This document shows, one piece after another, positions 9,921-19,313 of a stretch of 64,000 nucleotides of DNA. Under the pieces are notes generated by a model, which saw nothing but the letters and a program-made list of their open reading frames with translations, was not told the DNA's origin and searched no databases. Position 1 is the first letter of the stretch. Every line of letters starts with the position of its first letter. The translations under genes were made by a program, and so were the position numbers. The DNA is from Minisyncoccota bacterium (GTDB lineage: Bacteria; Patescibacteriota; Minisyncoccia; Phycocordibacterales; DASSSU01), in the NCBI GenBank assembly GCA_035708305.1, contig DASSSU010000030.1, positions 9,649 through 73,648 on the forward strand, given 5' to 3'.

Positions 9921-10072
9921 CAGCTTCTATTTCCGGCACTAAATTCAAAACTTACTAAGCACTCGGAAATGAAACCTCTTACCTTGTCGTTTGTGGTATT
10001 GGAGTGTTCAAACTTTCTGTTTTTTTAAAAAACTAGGCGGAGAAAATAATTTGCGATATAATAGACAACAAC

Positions 10073-10996
10073 ATGTTCCTATCACTGAAACGAATTCTTA
10101 AAACGGGTTTTGTAAACTTCTGGAGAAACGGCGCAGTTTCGTTCTCTTCGATTCTCATCATGACGATCACGCTTTTTGTCATGGGTTCACTCTTTTTCAT
10201 TGGTGCGCTTCTGAATGCTTCGCTCCAACAGCTGGAAAGCAAGGTGGATGTGAACGTATACTTTGTTCCTTCAGCGACAGAAGACCAGGTACTCCAGGTG
10301 AAATCCGGACTTGAAAAACTTCCTGAAGTGGCTTCGGTCACGTATATATCTCGGGATCAGGCGATTGCAGACTTCAAAGAACGCCACAAAAACGACGAGC
10401 TTACGATGCAGTCTCTCCAGGAATTGGACACCAACCCTCTCGGTGCACGCTTGAATGTGATGGCAACCAATGTCAACCAATATGGCGCGATTGCGGATTA
10501 TTTGAATAAGCAAAACTCGTTGACTGCTGGTTCTAGCTCCATCATGGACAATGTAAACTACAACGAGAACAAAGAGGCAATTGACCGCCTGTCGGAAATT
10601 ATCAGTGGTGCTGAACGACTAGGCTTGGCTATCATCCTGGTACTTGCGATTATTTCTGTGATCATTACCTACAACACCATCCGTATGGCGATCTATATTT
10701 CCCGCGAAGAAATCGGTATTATGCGTTTGGTGGGCGCTGGGAAAACCTACGTACGCGGTCCGTTTGTGGTGGAAGGCGCACTCTACGGAATTGTTTCAGC
10801 GATTATTGCCGCGGCGATTTTCTACCCGGTTACGATGTGGCTTGGTGGCGCGACGCAAAACTTCTTCCTCGGTTTGAACATTTACGATTACTACATCACG
10901 AACTTTGGCGAAATCTTCCTCGTGCTTCTCGGGTCAGGTGTTTTGCTCGGGGCTATCTCCTCGTTCCTCGCCGTACGCCGCCATTTGAAGGTGTAA
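10073..10996 (+). CDS. ftsX: Cell division permease FtsX
   Basis: One N-terminal TM, extracellular domain, REEIGIMRLVGA...VRGPFVVEG, three C-terminal TMs. Confidence 0.92.
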   Translation: MFLSLKRILKTGFVNFWRNGAVSFSSILIMTITLFVMGSLFFIGALLNASLQQLESKVDVNVYFVPSATEDQVLQVKSGLEKLPEVASVTYISRDQAIADFKERHKNDELTMQSLQELDTNPLGARLNVMATNVNQYGAIADYLNKQNSLTAGSSSIMDNVNYNENKEAIDRLSEIISGAERLGLAIILVLAIISVIITYNTIRMAIYISREEIGIMRLVGAGKTYVRGPFVVEGALYGIVSAIIAAAIFYPVTMWLGGATQNFFLGLNIYDYYITNFGEIFLVLLGSGVLLGAISSFLAVRRHLKV

Positions 10997-11143
10997 AACT
11001 TCAAAAAGAAAATTGTAAATTCTTTTCAAGACCTTTCAATTTTATGAAAGGCCTTTTGATTTTTTGAGGGGATAAACAATTTTTCATTATTTTTTTTGCT
11101 ACTATTTGTTTAGAAATGAAAAATTATTATTTAAATTTGAAAC

Positions 11144-11986
11144 ATGGAAAAATTTGAAAGCGAACCATCGCAGAGAAACCAAGAGGGAGAAAAAAAGCCA
11201 GAAGTTTTTAAAAAACCGGAAGAAGTTTCTAAAAGTGAAGAGATGAAACAGTTTATTGAAGCAGCAAAGAATCTAGATGTTGTTTTTTCAGTCGGCAGAA
11301 ATTCTCCAAATACTCCGGACTATTATGTTCGTCTTCTTGATGATCAGGAACATTTGATAAAAGATTACCTAAACCCTTATAAAAATAAAAAACTTCCAAA
11401 GTATGAACTGGCGCCCGGACTTGCGGTCATTGGTGCGAGGATGGCAGGTTCTGGTTTTGGTTTTGAGAAGCCGGATACGGGTGATGCAGAACTTGATAAG
11501 GAAGTAAAAACCAAAGCAATGGAAGATTACCGGGCTTCCGAAGATCTTTTTAATAAAATGGTAACCAAAATGTACCCGGATGGATTGCCGGATCAAAGTG
11601 TTTTGCAGCACAAGCTGAACGCCCCTCTCTCGGAACTTGGTGAGTCGCCATTTTTATTATTCAAGAAAGATTTTCAATTCCTGAAAGAAATTGGTTCTGA
11701 TAATCGTGAAGAGTACCAATCCGTGATTGACGGTATGATTTCTCGTGCTGGAGGCATGATGCGGAATGCGGCTGAAGCTGTTTACCGGTTTGAGGATGAA
11801 TATTCGCCATCTCAAAGAAGAGGGCAGAATGAAGATATTATGGTGATGGCTGAAGCTCTTGCCGAATTTCAAAGGCTGAGAAAAGAATCCATCGCCGACG
11901 AATCGTATTTTGCGGACAAATCCCCTATCCAAATAAAAGAATTCGAAGAAAGAAGAAGAGAGCTTCAAAAGATGAATGTCAGATAA
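11144..11986 (+). CDS. Hypothetical acidic protein
   Basis: 280-aa ORF filling the ftsX-pyrG gap; charged MEKFESE N-terminus. Confidence 0.75.
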   Translation: MEKFESEPSQRNQEGEKKPEVFKKPEEVSKSEEMKQFIEAAKNLDVVFSVGRNSPNTPDYYVRLLDDQEHLIKDYLNPYKNKKLPKYELAPGLAVIGARMAGSGFGFEKPDTGDAELDKEVKTKAMEDYRASEDLFNKMVTKMYPDGLPDQSVLQHKLNAPLSELGESPFLLFKKDFQFLKEIGSDNREEYQSVIDGMISRAGGMMRNAAEAVYRFEDEYSPSQRRGQNEDIMVMAEALAEFQRLRKESIADESYFADKSPIQIKEFEERRRELQKMNVR

Positions 11987-12071
11987 ACAAAAGATTCAAA
12001 ACCATCGTTCTTCCTTGTTCTTGATTCCTTGTTTCTGATTTGTTATCTTGTAAGGATAATTGTGAAGAATT

Positions 12072-13739
12072 ATGGCTGAGCAGAATAAAAAGAAAATTCG
12101 AAAGTATATTTTTGTGGTTGGCGGGGTTATGTCGGGAGTGGGAAAGGGAATTACCACTTCTTCCATTGGCGCCCTTCTCAAAGCCCGCGGTTTTTCCGTT
12201 ACCGCTATCAAAATCGACCCGTACATCAACATTGACGCGGGTACCATGAACCCCACCGAGCACGGTGAGGTTTTTGTTTTGGAGGATGGTGATGAGACGG
12301 ATCAGGATATGGGGAATTATGAACGGTTTTTGGACACGACGCTCTCGCGAACCAACTATATGACCACCGGGCGCGTGTACCAAACAGTGATCGAAAATGA
12401 ACGCAATCTCAAATACAAAGGGAAGTGTGTGCAGGTGGTGCCGCACATTCCGCTTGAGGTGATTCGCCGCATCGAAAAAGCTGCCGAGAAAGCAGATGCG
12501 GACATCACCGTGATCGAAGTGGGTGGAACGGCGGGCGAGTACGAAAACATTCTTTTCTTGGAAACCGCGCGAATGCTCGAGCTTCGCAGTCCGGATGATG
12601 TTTCTTTTGTTATGGTCTCCTACATTCCGACTCCAAAAATGGTGGGGGAAATGAAAACCAAGCCGACACAGCATGCGGTGCGTGCACTCAACTCTGCCGG
12701 TATTCAGCCAAACGTAATCATCGCACGAAGCGAGGGGCCGATGGACACGGTGCGAAAAGACAAGATTGCGACGTTTTGCAATATCAAAAAAGAAAATGTC
12801 ATTTCCGCGCCGGACGTGGAGAGTATTTACGAAGTGCCGCTGAACTTTGAGAAAGATCACCTCTCGGACATTTTGCTTGAATCTCTCAAGCTGAAGCCTC
12901 GGGATGGGGATTTGAAGGAGTGGAACAACCTGGTGAAGAAGGTAAAGAATGGCAAAAAGGAAGTTCATATCGCGATTGTCGGGAAATATTTCCAGACGGG
13001 AAACTTTGTACTCTCGGACTCGTATGTGTCGGTGATTGAGTCTATCAAGTTCTCCGCGTGGCAAGAGGGAGTGAAGCCGGTGATCCATTGGCTTTCCTCG
13101 GAGGATTTTGAAGGAAAAAACACGGCGGCAAACATCCGCACACTCTCCAAGTACCACGGCATCATCGTTCCCGGCGGTTTTGGGAGCCGCGGGATCGTAG
13201 GAAAACTTGCAGTGATCGAACACGCACGGAAAAAGAAAATTCCGTACCTGGGGCTCTGCTATGGCATGCAGCTTCAGGTTTTGGAGTTCGCGCGAAATGT
13301 GGCAGGGATGAAAAATGCAAGTTCGCGCGAAATCGACCCGGACGCCGCGGATCTCGTGATAGACATCATGCCGGACCAGAAAAAGAAAATGGAAGAAGAA
13401 GACTACGGCGGAACTATGCGTCTCGGCGCATATCCGGCACTTTTGAAAAAAGGAACGATCGCGTACGAAGTCTACGGGAAGAAAAAAGAGATTTCCGAAC
13501 GGCATCGGCATCGGTATGAAGTGAATCCGGAATACGTGAAGCGGCTTGAAGATGCGGGACTGATTTTTTCCGGGACTTCTCCGGATGGTGAGCTGATGGA
13601 AATTGCCGAACTTCCACGGGGTGTACACCCGTTTTTCGTCGGTTCTCAGTTTCATCCGGAATTCAAAGGCCGCCCATTTGCCCCGCATCCGCTCTTCACA
13701 TCCTTCATCAAAGCGGGGTTGAAGCCGAAGAAGAAGTAA
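12072..13739 (+). CDS. pyrG: CTP synthase
   Basis: GGVMSGVGKG, KIDPYINIDAGTMNPTEHGE, GLCYGMQ, ERHRHRYE, QFHPE. Confidence 0.98.
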   Translation: MAEQNKKKIRKYIFVVGGVMSGVGKGITTSSIGALLKARGFSVTAIKIDPYINIDAGTMNPTEHGEVFVLEDGDETDQDMGNYERFLDTTLSRTNYMTTGRVYQTVIENERNLKYKGKCVQVVPHIPLEVIRRIEKAAEKADADITVIEVGGTAGEYENILFLETARMLELRSPDDVSFVMVSYIPTPKMVGEMKTKPTQHAVRALNSAGIQPNVIIARSEGPMDTVRKDKIATFCNIKKENVISAPDVESIYEVPLNFEKDHLSDILLESLKLKPRDGDLKEWNNLVKKVKNGKKEVHIAIVGKYFQTGNFVLSDSYVSVIESIKFSAWQEGVKPVIHWLSSEDFEGKNTAANIRTLSKYHGIIVPGGFGSRGIVGKLAVIEHARKKKIPYLGLCYGMQLQVLEFARNVAGMKNASSREIDPDAADLVIDIMPDQKKKMEEEDYGGTMRLGAYPALLKKGTIAYEVYGKKKEISERHRHRYEVNPEYVKRLEDAGLIFSGTSPDGELMEIAELPRGVHPFFVGSQFHPEFKGRPFAPHPLFTSFIKAGLKPKKK

Positions 13740-13803
13740 ATTGTTTTTGTGAAAGGGGAAAATACCGACTTCATTGAAAGGGCATTTAGGAAAAACAAAA
13801 ATA

Positions 13804-13834
13804 AAAATACCCGCCAAGGAGTGGCGGGTATTTT
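13804..13834. terminator. Bidirectional terminator between pyrG and the SLT gene
   Basis: AAAATACCCGCCA/TGGCGGGTATTTT perfect stem. Confidence 0.85.
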
Positions 13835-13854
13835 GTTGTTTGGATTCAGATGTT

Positions 13855-14574
13855 TTAGAGATTGTTCAGCACGAAAGAAACTTTTTTGGCATATCCATGG
13901 TTGGAGATCGCGCTCTGGCTCATGTTCTTTGCGCTGTTTGGTCCCATGTTGTAGGCAACGGCGATGGCTTGCGGGGAAGTGAACCCGTAGCGATTCTTCA
14001 GTTGGGCAAGATACGCGGTCCCGATTTCGATGTTGTCGGTCGGGTTCCACAGGTCTCCGGAAATTCCGGTATCAACTTTGGCAACCGGCATTACCTGCAT
14101 GAGTCCCTGTGCTCCGACATTTGAAAGAGCATTCGGGTCTCCGCCGCTTTCCACCACGATGATGGCGGTGACGAACTTTGGATCCAAACCGTTTTTCTGT
14201 GCCTCTTCCTGGATAAGGTCTCCGTACTTGCTCTGCACAAGATCAATTTCCTGAAGAGCAGAATGTTTCCAGCCTGAGCTGACCGAAGCGGAAACGCCGG
14301 TTGCTGGATTTTTCTGTATCTCCGGCAAGAGCTTTCTTGGCTCCAAAGAGGCAAGAGTTATCGGTTGTGGGTCACTTGTGTTCGCATTCGCTTCTGCCGC
14401 GATCGGCGCGAGCGGGTTGGTCTCCTTGGAAAAACCTCGGAGTTGCCCCAGAGGGGCCTGAACGTTTGATTGAGCTGCTTCTGCCTTTCCGGAATTTGGC
14501 GCATAAGGAACCAAAAACAAAGGCGCTGCTGCAATAATAGAAAGGATTCCGACTATAATAGCAATATTTTTCAT
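13855..14574 (-). CDS. Lytic transglycosylase (SLT domain), N-terminally anchored
   Basis: AIIVVESGG, GAQGLMQV, NIEIGTAYL, AYNMG. Confidence 0.9.
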   Translation of the reverse strand: MKNIAIIVGILSIIAAAPLFLVPYAPNSGKAEAAQSNVQAPLGQLRGFSKETNPLAPIAAEANANTSDPQPITLASLEPRKLLPEIQKNPATGVSASVSSGWKHSALQEIDLVQSKYGDLIQEEAQKNGLDPKFVTAIIVVESGGDPNALSNVGAQGLMQVMPVAKVDTGISGDLWNPTDNIEIGTAYLAQLKNRYGFTSPQAIAVAYNMGPNSAKNMSQSAISNHGYAKKVSFVLNNL

Positions 14575-14654
14575 AGTATGTTCTCCCGTGGTGTGTCGTG
14601 CGTGTTTGTCAGTATTTTCGGGAATATTTGACCATGATTGAGAACAAAAGGGAA

Positions 14655-14681
14655 AGTAACATGGTCAATAAAATTTGTCAA
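14655..14681 (-). promoter_or_regulatory. Sigma70-type promoter of the SLT gene (boundaries approximate)
   Basis: Minus strand TTGACA-N17-TACTTT with extended TG; GGGAG SD before the ATG. Confidence 0.5.
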
Positions 14682-14700
14682 TACTTTCCCAGAAAACATT

Positions 14701-16026
14701 TTATTCTGTCTCAATCTTAATCATCTGCTCCAGCCGACGGATATCAGCCAGTAACTTCGACCGGTCCTCGTTAAAAAGGAACATATTGAAGATGCTGGTG
14801 CCGCCGTTTTTGGCAAAAACTGCCTTGTCACCGATCTTTTTGTTGATCGTAATCGAGTGGAATGACTTCAGCTGCTGAGCCTTTTTGATACCAGTGAGCG
14901 TCGTGATTTTTCCTTCCTTCTTGGCGAAGAATTTAAATGCCACCGTGTAGCCTTTGATCTTCTGCGGCACAGAAACCGTTTTTGGAATGCGGGTAAAAAT
15001 GTCGTTTTCGGTATGGTCAATGCCATAGGAGAGGCGGTACATCACATCGCGGAAGCCGCCGATGCGCGGACCGACCTCAACAATCTTCCAGCCTTCCTCG
15101 GTGCGCATGAGTTCGACGTGTGCTGTGGTGCTTCGAAGTCCAAGGGCGTGCACCGCTTTCCGCACGGCTTCTTCCGCTTCGGCAATGCTTTCTTTTTTCA
15201 CGTTGGCGGGCGTCATTTGCTGATACCCGAAGAAATCATCAAAGCCGATAGCACGGCCGGTTTTCACTGCCACAAGCGGGCAGCATGTAACCTTTCCGCG
15301 CGAATCTACGTAGGCGTCGATCGAGTAGAGCTCGCCTTCCATTTGCTGTTCCACTAAAATCTGCGGTTCGGTGGTTTGTCCGCGGCCCTTGTAAATGCGG
15401 TTGATGGTCTTGAAAGCGCCCTTGAGTGTTTTCTCGAGTTCTTCTTTGTGGTAGCCGATCGAGACCAGCAAGCTTTGTGCCAGTCCGGAAGGCTTCACCA
15501 CGAGTGGATACCCGACTTTTTCTTCCACGGTGGTGAGCGTTTTTTTCTTCGCATCAGAAACGACGTGAAAAGCGGGTGCGATGGTTTTGTCGAATTCAAG
15601 AAACCGCTTGCGCATTTCGATTTTGTTGGTGGACCAGGAGAGGGATTCGGATGTCGGCGTGCGCAGGTAGGGAACAAACGGCACGAGTTTGCGGAACCAC
15701 TCAATGCGTGACTCCATACGGCAGGTCACCGCAAGCAGCTCGTCTCGGTATGGCCGCAAGTTGTCCACGATCGACTTCGGATCGTCAAAGTCACAGATGA
15801 TGGCAATGTCAAACTTTGAGAACGCTTCCTCCTCTTCTTTGTTTGCCGCTTTCGCGTTGTGGATCACAGCAATGCGGTATTTGTTGTCATTCTTCTTTTT
15901 GAATTCCACAAATTTTTCCGCCACTGCAACTCCGGGAAGCGCGACCACGAGAATGATGTTTTGGTTTTTCTCGGGTGCTTCACTCTTTTCTTTTTTGGGA
16001 TCTTTTTTAATTTCTGGTAAATCCAT
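14701..16026 (-). CDS. ATP-grasp enzyme (L-amino-acid ligase-like)
   Basis: NKIEMR, GYPLVVKP, LVEQQMEGELYSID, AHVELM, IVEVGPRIGG. Confidence 0.85.
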   Translation of the reverse strand: MDLPEIKKDPKKEKSEAPEKNQNIILVVALPGVAVAEKFVEFKKKNDNKYRIAVIHNAKAANKEEEEAFSKFDIAIICDFDDPKSIVDNLRPYRDELLAVTCRMESRIEWFRKLVPFVPYLRTPTSESLSWSTNKIEMRKRFLEFDKTIAPAFHVVSDAKKKTLTTVEEKVGYPLVVKPSGLAQSLLVSIGYHKEELEKTLKGAFKTINRIYKGRGQTTEPQILVEQQMEGELYSIDAYVDSRGKVTCCPLVAVKTGRAIGFDDFFGYQQMTPANVKKESIAEAEEAVRKAVHALGLRSTTAHVELMRTEEGWKIVEVGPRIGGFRDVMYRLSYGIDHTENDIFTRIPKTVSVPQKIKGYTVAFKFFAKKEGKITTLTGIKKAQQLKSFHSITINKKIGDKAVFAKNGGTSIFNMFLFNEDRSKLLADIRRLEQMIKIETE

Positions 16027-16031
16027 AAGCT

Positions 16032-16072
16032 AAAAACGCCCAGCCGCGTCTTTTCCAAGTCGCAGCCGGACG
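16032..16072 (-). terminator. Terminator-like hairpin immediately upstream of the ATP-grasp start codon
   Basis: Minus strand CGTCCGGCTGCG...CGCGGCTGGGCG (12 bp, 3 G-U) followed by TTTTT; 5 nt before ATG 16026. Confidence 0.6.
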
Positions 16073-16469
16073 GTTAATATCAGTCTTTTCGGGCTTTTTT
16101 GGCCAATTTCGAAACCATGGTGGACAAAAGCCGTTGTGAGGTCAAAATTTTCATTTCGATTGCAGGACTCCGAAAAATCCTTCAACCCGTCAATTAAAAC
16201 GCAATCGGGCTTCCAAGTCAAGGATTTTTCATATTTTTTATTAACATCTTATACACAAAAAAACTTGACCCAAAAGCGCTTTTCCGATCGCTAGAAATAT
16301 CAAGCTCTTTTTGCTATACTTTCGGAAGCCGCTCAAAATTCATAAAATTTCCATGCGCGGAAAAAGATGGAAAACCTGTGAAGAAAATTTCCGGTTTTCT
16401 TTTTTGAAATTTTGCGGTAAGCTCAGGAAGTTCATCGATAAGAAGTCGTCGAGAACAAAGAAAAAATTT

Positions 16470-16540
16470 TGCCGGATCATCTAATGGTAGGATGCAAGCT
16501 TCTGGCGCTTGTCATCTAGGTTCGAGTCCTAGTCCGGCAG
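16470..16540 (+). tRNA. tRNA-Gln (anticodon CTG), CCA not encoded
   Basis: Acceptor TGCCGGA/TCCGGCA, D loop TAATGGTA, anticodon arm CAAGC-TTCTGGC-GCTTG, T arm CTAGG-TTCGAGT-CCTAG. Confidence 0.95.
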
Positions 16541-16625
16541 CAAAAAACAAACGAGGGGAGTAAGGAAAAAATCCGTGTGGACTCGGAATATTACATTGAA
16601 ACGGCAGATGCGTTACAATGAATTT

Positions 16626-19025
16626 ATGCAGCGAAAATACATTCGCTTCTTTCTTGCGTGTTGCGCGATACTGTGCGCCTTTTCTGTAGCGCCGCAAGTT
16701 CGTGCAGATGATGTTCCGCTTGCTGCGCGGCTGCTTTCTATTCCGTACAATGATTCGACACAGGGCGGCCTGCGGGTGACAGTCCCCGGCTTTAGCGGCT
16801 TGCGTGGGATCAGCAATGATGGTACGACAGTCTACCTCCTTGATGGATCGGGGAATGTCACCACCCTGCCAATGAGTGCGCTCGTCGGCGATCCTGGCTC
16901 AAGTATCAGCGCTCCAGGGACGTCGCACATCGTCGGGTGGGGAGTTGATAGTGCGCCGACATTTGGCAGTCCAGACGGGCGAAGTCTCGCGTACAGTCAC
17001 GGCTGCTTGTTTTTGAGTACTTCCGGAGATACAACACATCTTGATTGTATAGATGTCTCCGACTGGTCGGTGACACAGATCGACGTACCCGCTGACTACC
17101 CATTGCCTGTAGGACATGGATGGGCAAGCGAAACGCTTATTGATTTTGCCGATGGTCGCGTTGGTAAAGTTTCTGCATATGAGGCGACCACAAGCCCATT
17201 GAATGGCTACGATTCGTACATTCGCATGTACACCGTGAGCGGTACAGGCAAAGATGTGACGATTGCGTTCTCACACGATTACTATACCTTCGACAGTGTG
17301 GACTGGAATCTCGATGATCACGGCATCGCGACTGACGGCACGTATCTGTACCGCATCGAATACAGCGGCGCCAATGCTCCCGGCGGCGACTTCAAGTCGT
17401 GGCCACTGCAAGACACTGGTGCGCCGAGTCAGTCGTATGTCGGTTTGTATACAGAGCCCTTCAGCAACATGACCTACCTCTCGCACGATCACACTGGCGA
17501 CCGATACATGGTGGGCAATTATTCTGGCAATCAGTTTTATATTACCTCTGCGTCCGATCCGGGTCCGGGTCCGGGGAATCCACTTACGCCCGCGTTCAGC
17601 ACTACCACTTCGACCTCGGATGGCTACACCGTGCAGGTGACGAATTACGACAGCAGTTTCACTTGGAGCGCGAGTACGAGTGCTGGTAATGTTTCCATTA
17701 ATGACACCGGACTTGTCACGGTTGCCGGTCTCTCCGTTGGTGAGACAGCGACTACTACGGTAACTACATCAAAGAGCAATGTCCCGGATGGTTCCGCGAG
17801 CATTGCTGCTTCTTCGATTCCTGACACCACGCCGCCAAATATTTCTGGCTTGGCTGCTTCGTCTACGGCGGATGGTGCCAATGTTGTGTGGACAACAGAC
17901 GAAGCCGGCTCTACGAAAGTCGTATATTCTGTGAATACGCAATATGCATCTTCAACAGGCGAAACAGACACCAGTCCTCGCTCTACAAGTCATAGCGATT
18001 CTTTGAGTGGTCTTCTTGCTTGCACGACATACCATTACAAGGTTGTATCCGCCGACGCTGCGGGCAATGTTGCCACTTCGTCGGCACGTACGTTTACGAC
18101 TGCCGGATGTTCGGGCGGCGCGATTCCGTCTTCCACCAATTCCAGCGATGTGACGGTAAGTACCGCCGCTACAAGCACTGCGTCCGATGATGGCTACACA
18201 CTTGCGGTCGCCACGCCAGCGAATTTTACAGCGACGTCTTCTGCTGTTACCATTCAGATAAAAGGTTTGTCCTCGGATACTGTGCTTGGCTCCGTCGGCA
18301 AACCCTCCAACTTGCTTTCGAGCGCCGCAAATGTCGTGTTTGATGTCACGGCGCTCATCAACAACACGACTGTGCTTGATTCCTTCAATGCGCCGGTGAC
18401 GATTTCCTACACCTACACTGATGCTGACGTATCCAGTCTTGATGAAAGTACGCTCAAAATGTATCACTATCACGATGGTGTGTGGCTGCCGCTCGATGAT
18501 TGTTCCGTTGATACAGCTGCAAACATCGTCACGTGCAAGGCGCCGTCATTCTCTATATTTGCTATTTTTGGCACACAAAATGCAACGAATGTAAAAAACA
18601 TTACTGCACAAGATCGATATCCGGGTGGTTTCACTGTTCAAAAGCAGGTGGCAAATTTGTTCGTTATGGGCAAAGTCGCGCAGGCCGATGCACTCAAGCA
18701 GCAGTGGCATTGGCTCTTTCCGCAGAACGTTCCCGCCTCGATTTCAAGTTTGAGCATGGTCTCGCCCCTTGTCCGGGATCTCTCAATCGGGATGTCGGGT
18801 GAAGATGTCTTGGCTCTGCAAAAACTTTTGAATGCAAATGGCTTTGCTCTTGCCACAAGCGGTCCCGGTTCACCGGGGAGTGAAACAACCTACTTTGGTA
18901 CGCTAACCCGCGCTGCTCTTGCCGCTTACCAGGCTGTGCACAACGTTTTTCCTGCTCTAGGCTACTTCGGCCCGATTACCCGCGCGCAAATGAAAGCTAC
19001 CGGCCGTGCGGGAGTTTGGTGGTAG
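16626..19025 (+). CDS. Ser/Thr-rich surface protein: propeller-like N-terminus, FN3-like domain, C-terminal peptidoglycan-binding domain
   Basis: Signal peptide; GIATDGTYLY; WTTDEAGSTKVVY...YHYKVVSADAAGN; LSIGMSGEDVLALQKLLN...YFGTLTRAALAAYQ...GYFGPITRA. Confidence 0.8.
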   Translation: MQRKYIRFFLACCAILCAFSVAPQVRADDVPLAARLLSIPYNDSTQGGLRVTVPGFSGLRGISNDGTTVYLLDGSGNVTTLPMSALVGDPGSSISAPGTSHIVGWGVDSAPTFGSPDGRSLAYSHGCLFLSTSGDTTHLDCIDVSDWSVTQIDVPADYPLPVGHGWASETLIDFADGRVGKVSAYEATTSPLNGYDSYIRMYTVSGTGKDVTIAFSHDYYTFDSVDWNLDDHGIATDGTYLYRIEYSGANAPGGDFKSWPLQDTGAPSQSYVGLYTEPFSNMTYLSHDHTGDRYMVGNYSGNQFYITSASDPGPGPGNPLTPAFSTTTSTSDGYTVQVTNYDSSFTWSASTSAGNVSINDTGLVTVAGLSVGETATTTVTTSKSNVPDGSASIAASSIPDTTPPNISGLAASSTADGANVVWTTDEAGSTKVVYSVNTQYASSTGETDTSPRSTSHSDSLSGLLACTTYHYKVVSADAAGNVATSSARTFTTAGCSGGAIPSSTNSSDVTVSTAATSTASDDGYTLAVATPANFTATSSAVTIQIKGLSSDTVLGSVGKPSNLLSSAANVVFDVTALINNTTVLDSFNAPVTISYTYTDADVSSLDESTLKMYHYHDGVWLPLDDCSVDTAANIVTCKAPSFSIFAIFGTQNATNVKNITAQDRYPGGFTVQKQVANLFVMGKVAQADALKQQWHWLFPQNVPASISSLSMVSPLVRDLSIGMSGEDVLALQKLLNANGFALATSGPGSPGSETTYFGTLTRAALAAYQAVHNVFPALGYFGPITRAQMKATGRAGVWW

Positions 19026-19081
19026 CGCCCACAAAAATCAGTATTCTGCTATACTAAAGCTGAAGTAGGATTTAAACAAAC

Positions 19082-19289
19082 ATGAAACCCATTCCGCAAT
19101 CAAAAGATTTTCCCGCATGTTTTTATCGGGTAACCATTAAGGGACTGGTGATGAAAAACGGAAAAATTCTTCTTTTGAAAGATTCACCCAAGCTCAGTGG
19201 AAAATGGGAACTTCCCGGCGGCGGCCTAAAAAATTTTTGATCCGAAAGATTTTGAAATTCCTTTGACAAACGCTGCGCGGTTGAAATAA
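19082..19289 (+). pseudogene. NUDIX hydrolase remnant with internal deletion
   Basis: MKPIPQ...FYRVTIKGLVMKNGKILLLK...KWELPGGGL then TGA 19238-40; no REUxEE helix; short tail FDPKDFEIPL... in another frame. Confidence 0.7.
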
Positions 19290-19313
19290 ATTCAACCTAA
19301 AGAAAATCAGAAC

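Noticed and set aside
12011-12040. Short tandem TTCCTTGTTCTTGA/TTCCTTGTTTCTGA before pyrG
   Set aside because: Only two low-complexity units; not a CRISPR array or a supportable regulatory repeat.
13764-13805. TDFIERAFRKNKNK after pyrG, resembling its C-terminus (TSFIKAGLKPKKK) as a possible third tail remnant
   Set aside because: Only about 24/42 nt match, the sequence is A-rich, there is no aligned stop and no cargo; too weak.
16249-16257. Consensus DnaA box TTATACACA (near-matches also at about 47848 and 53284)
   Set aside because: Isolated boxes with no cluster and no dnaA/dnaN nearby; not evidence for oriC.
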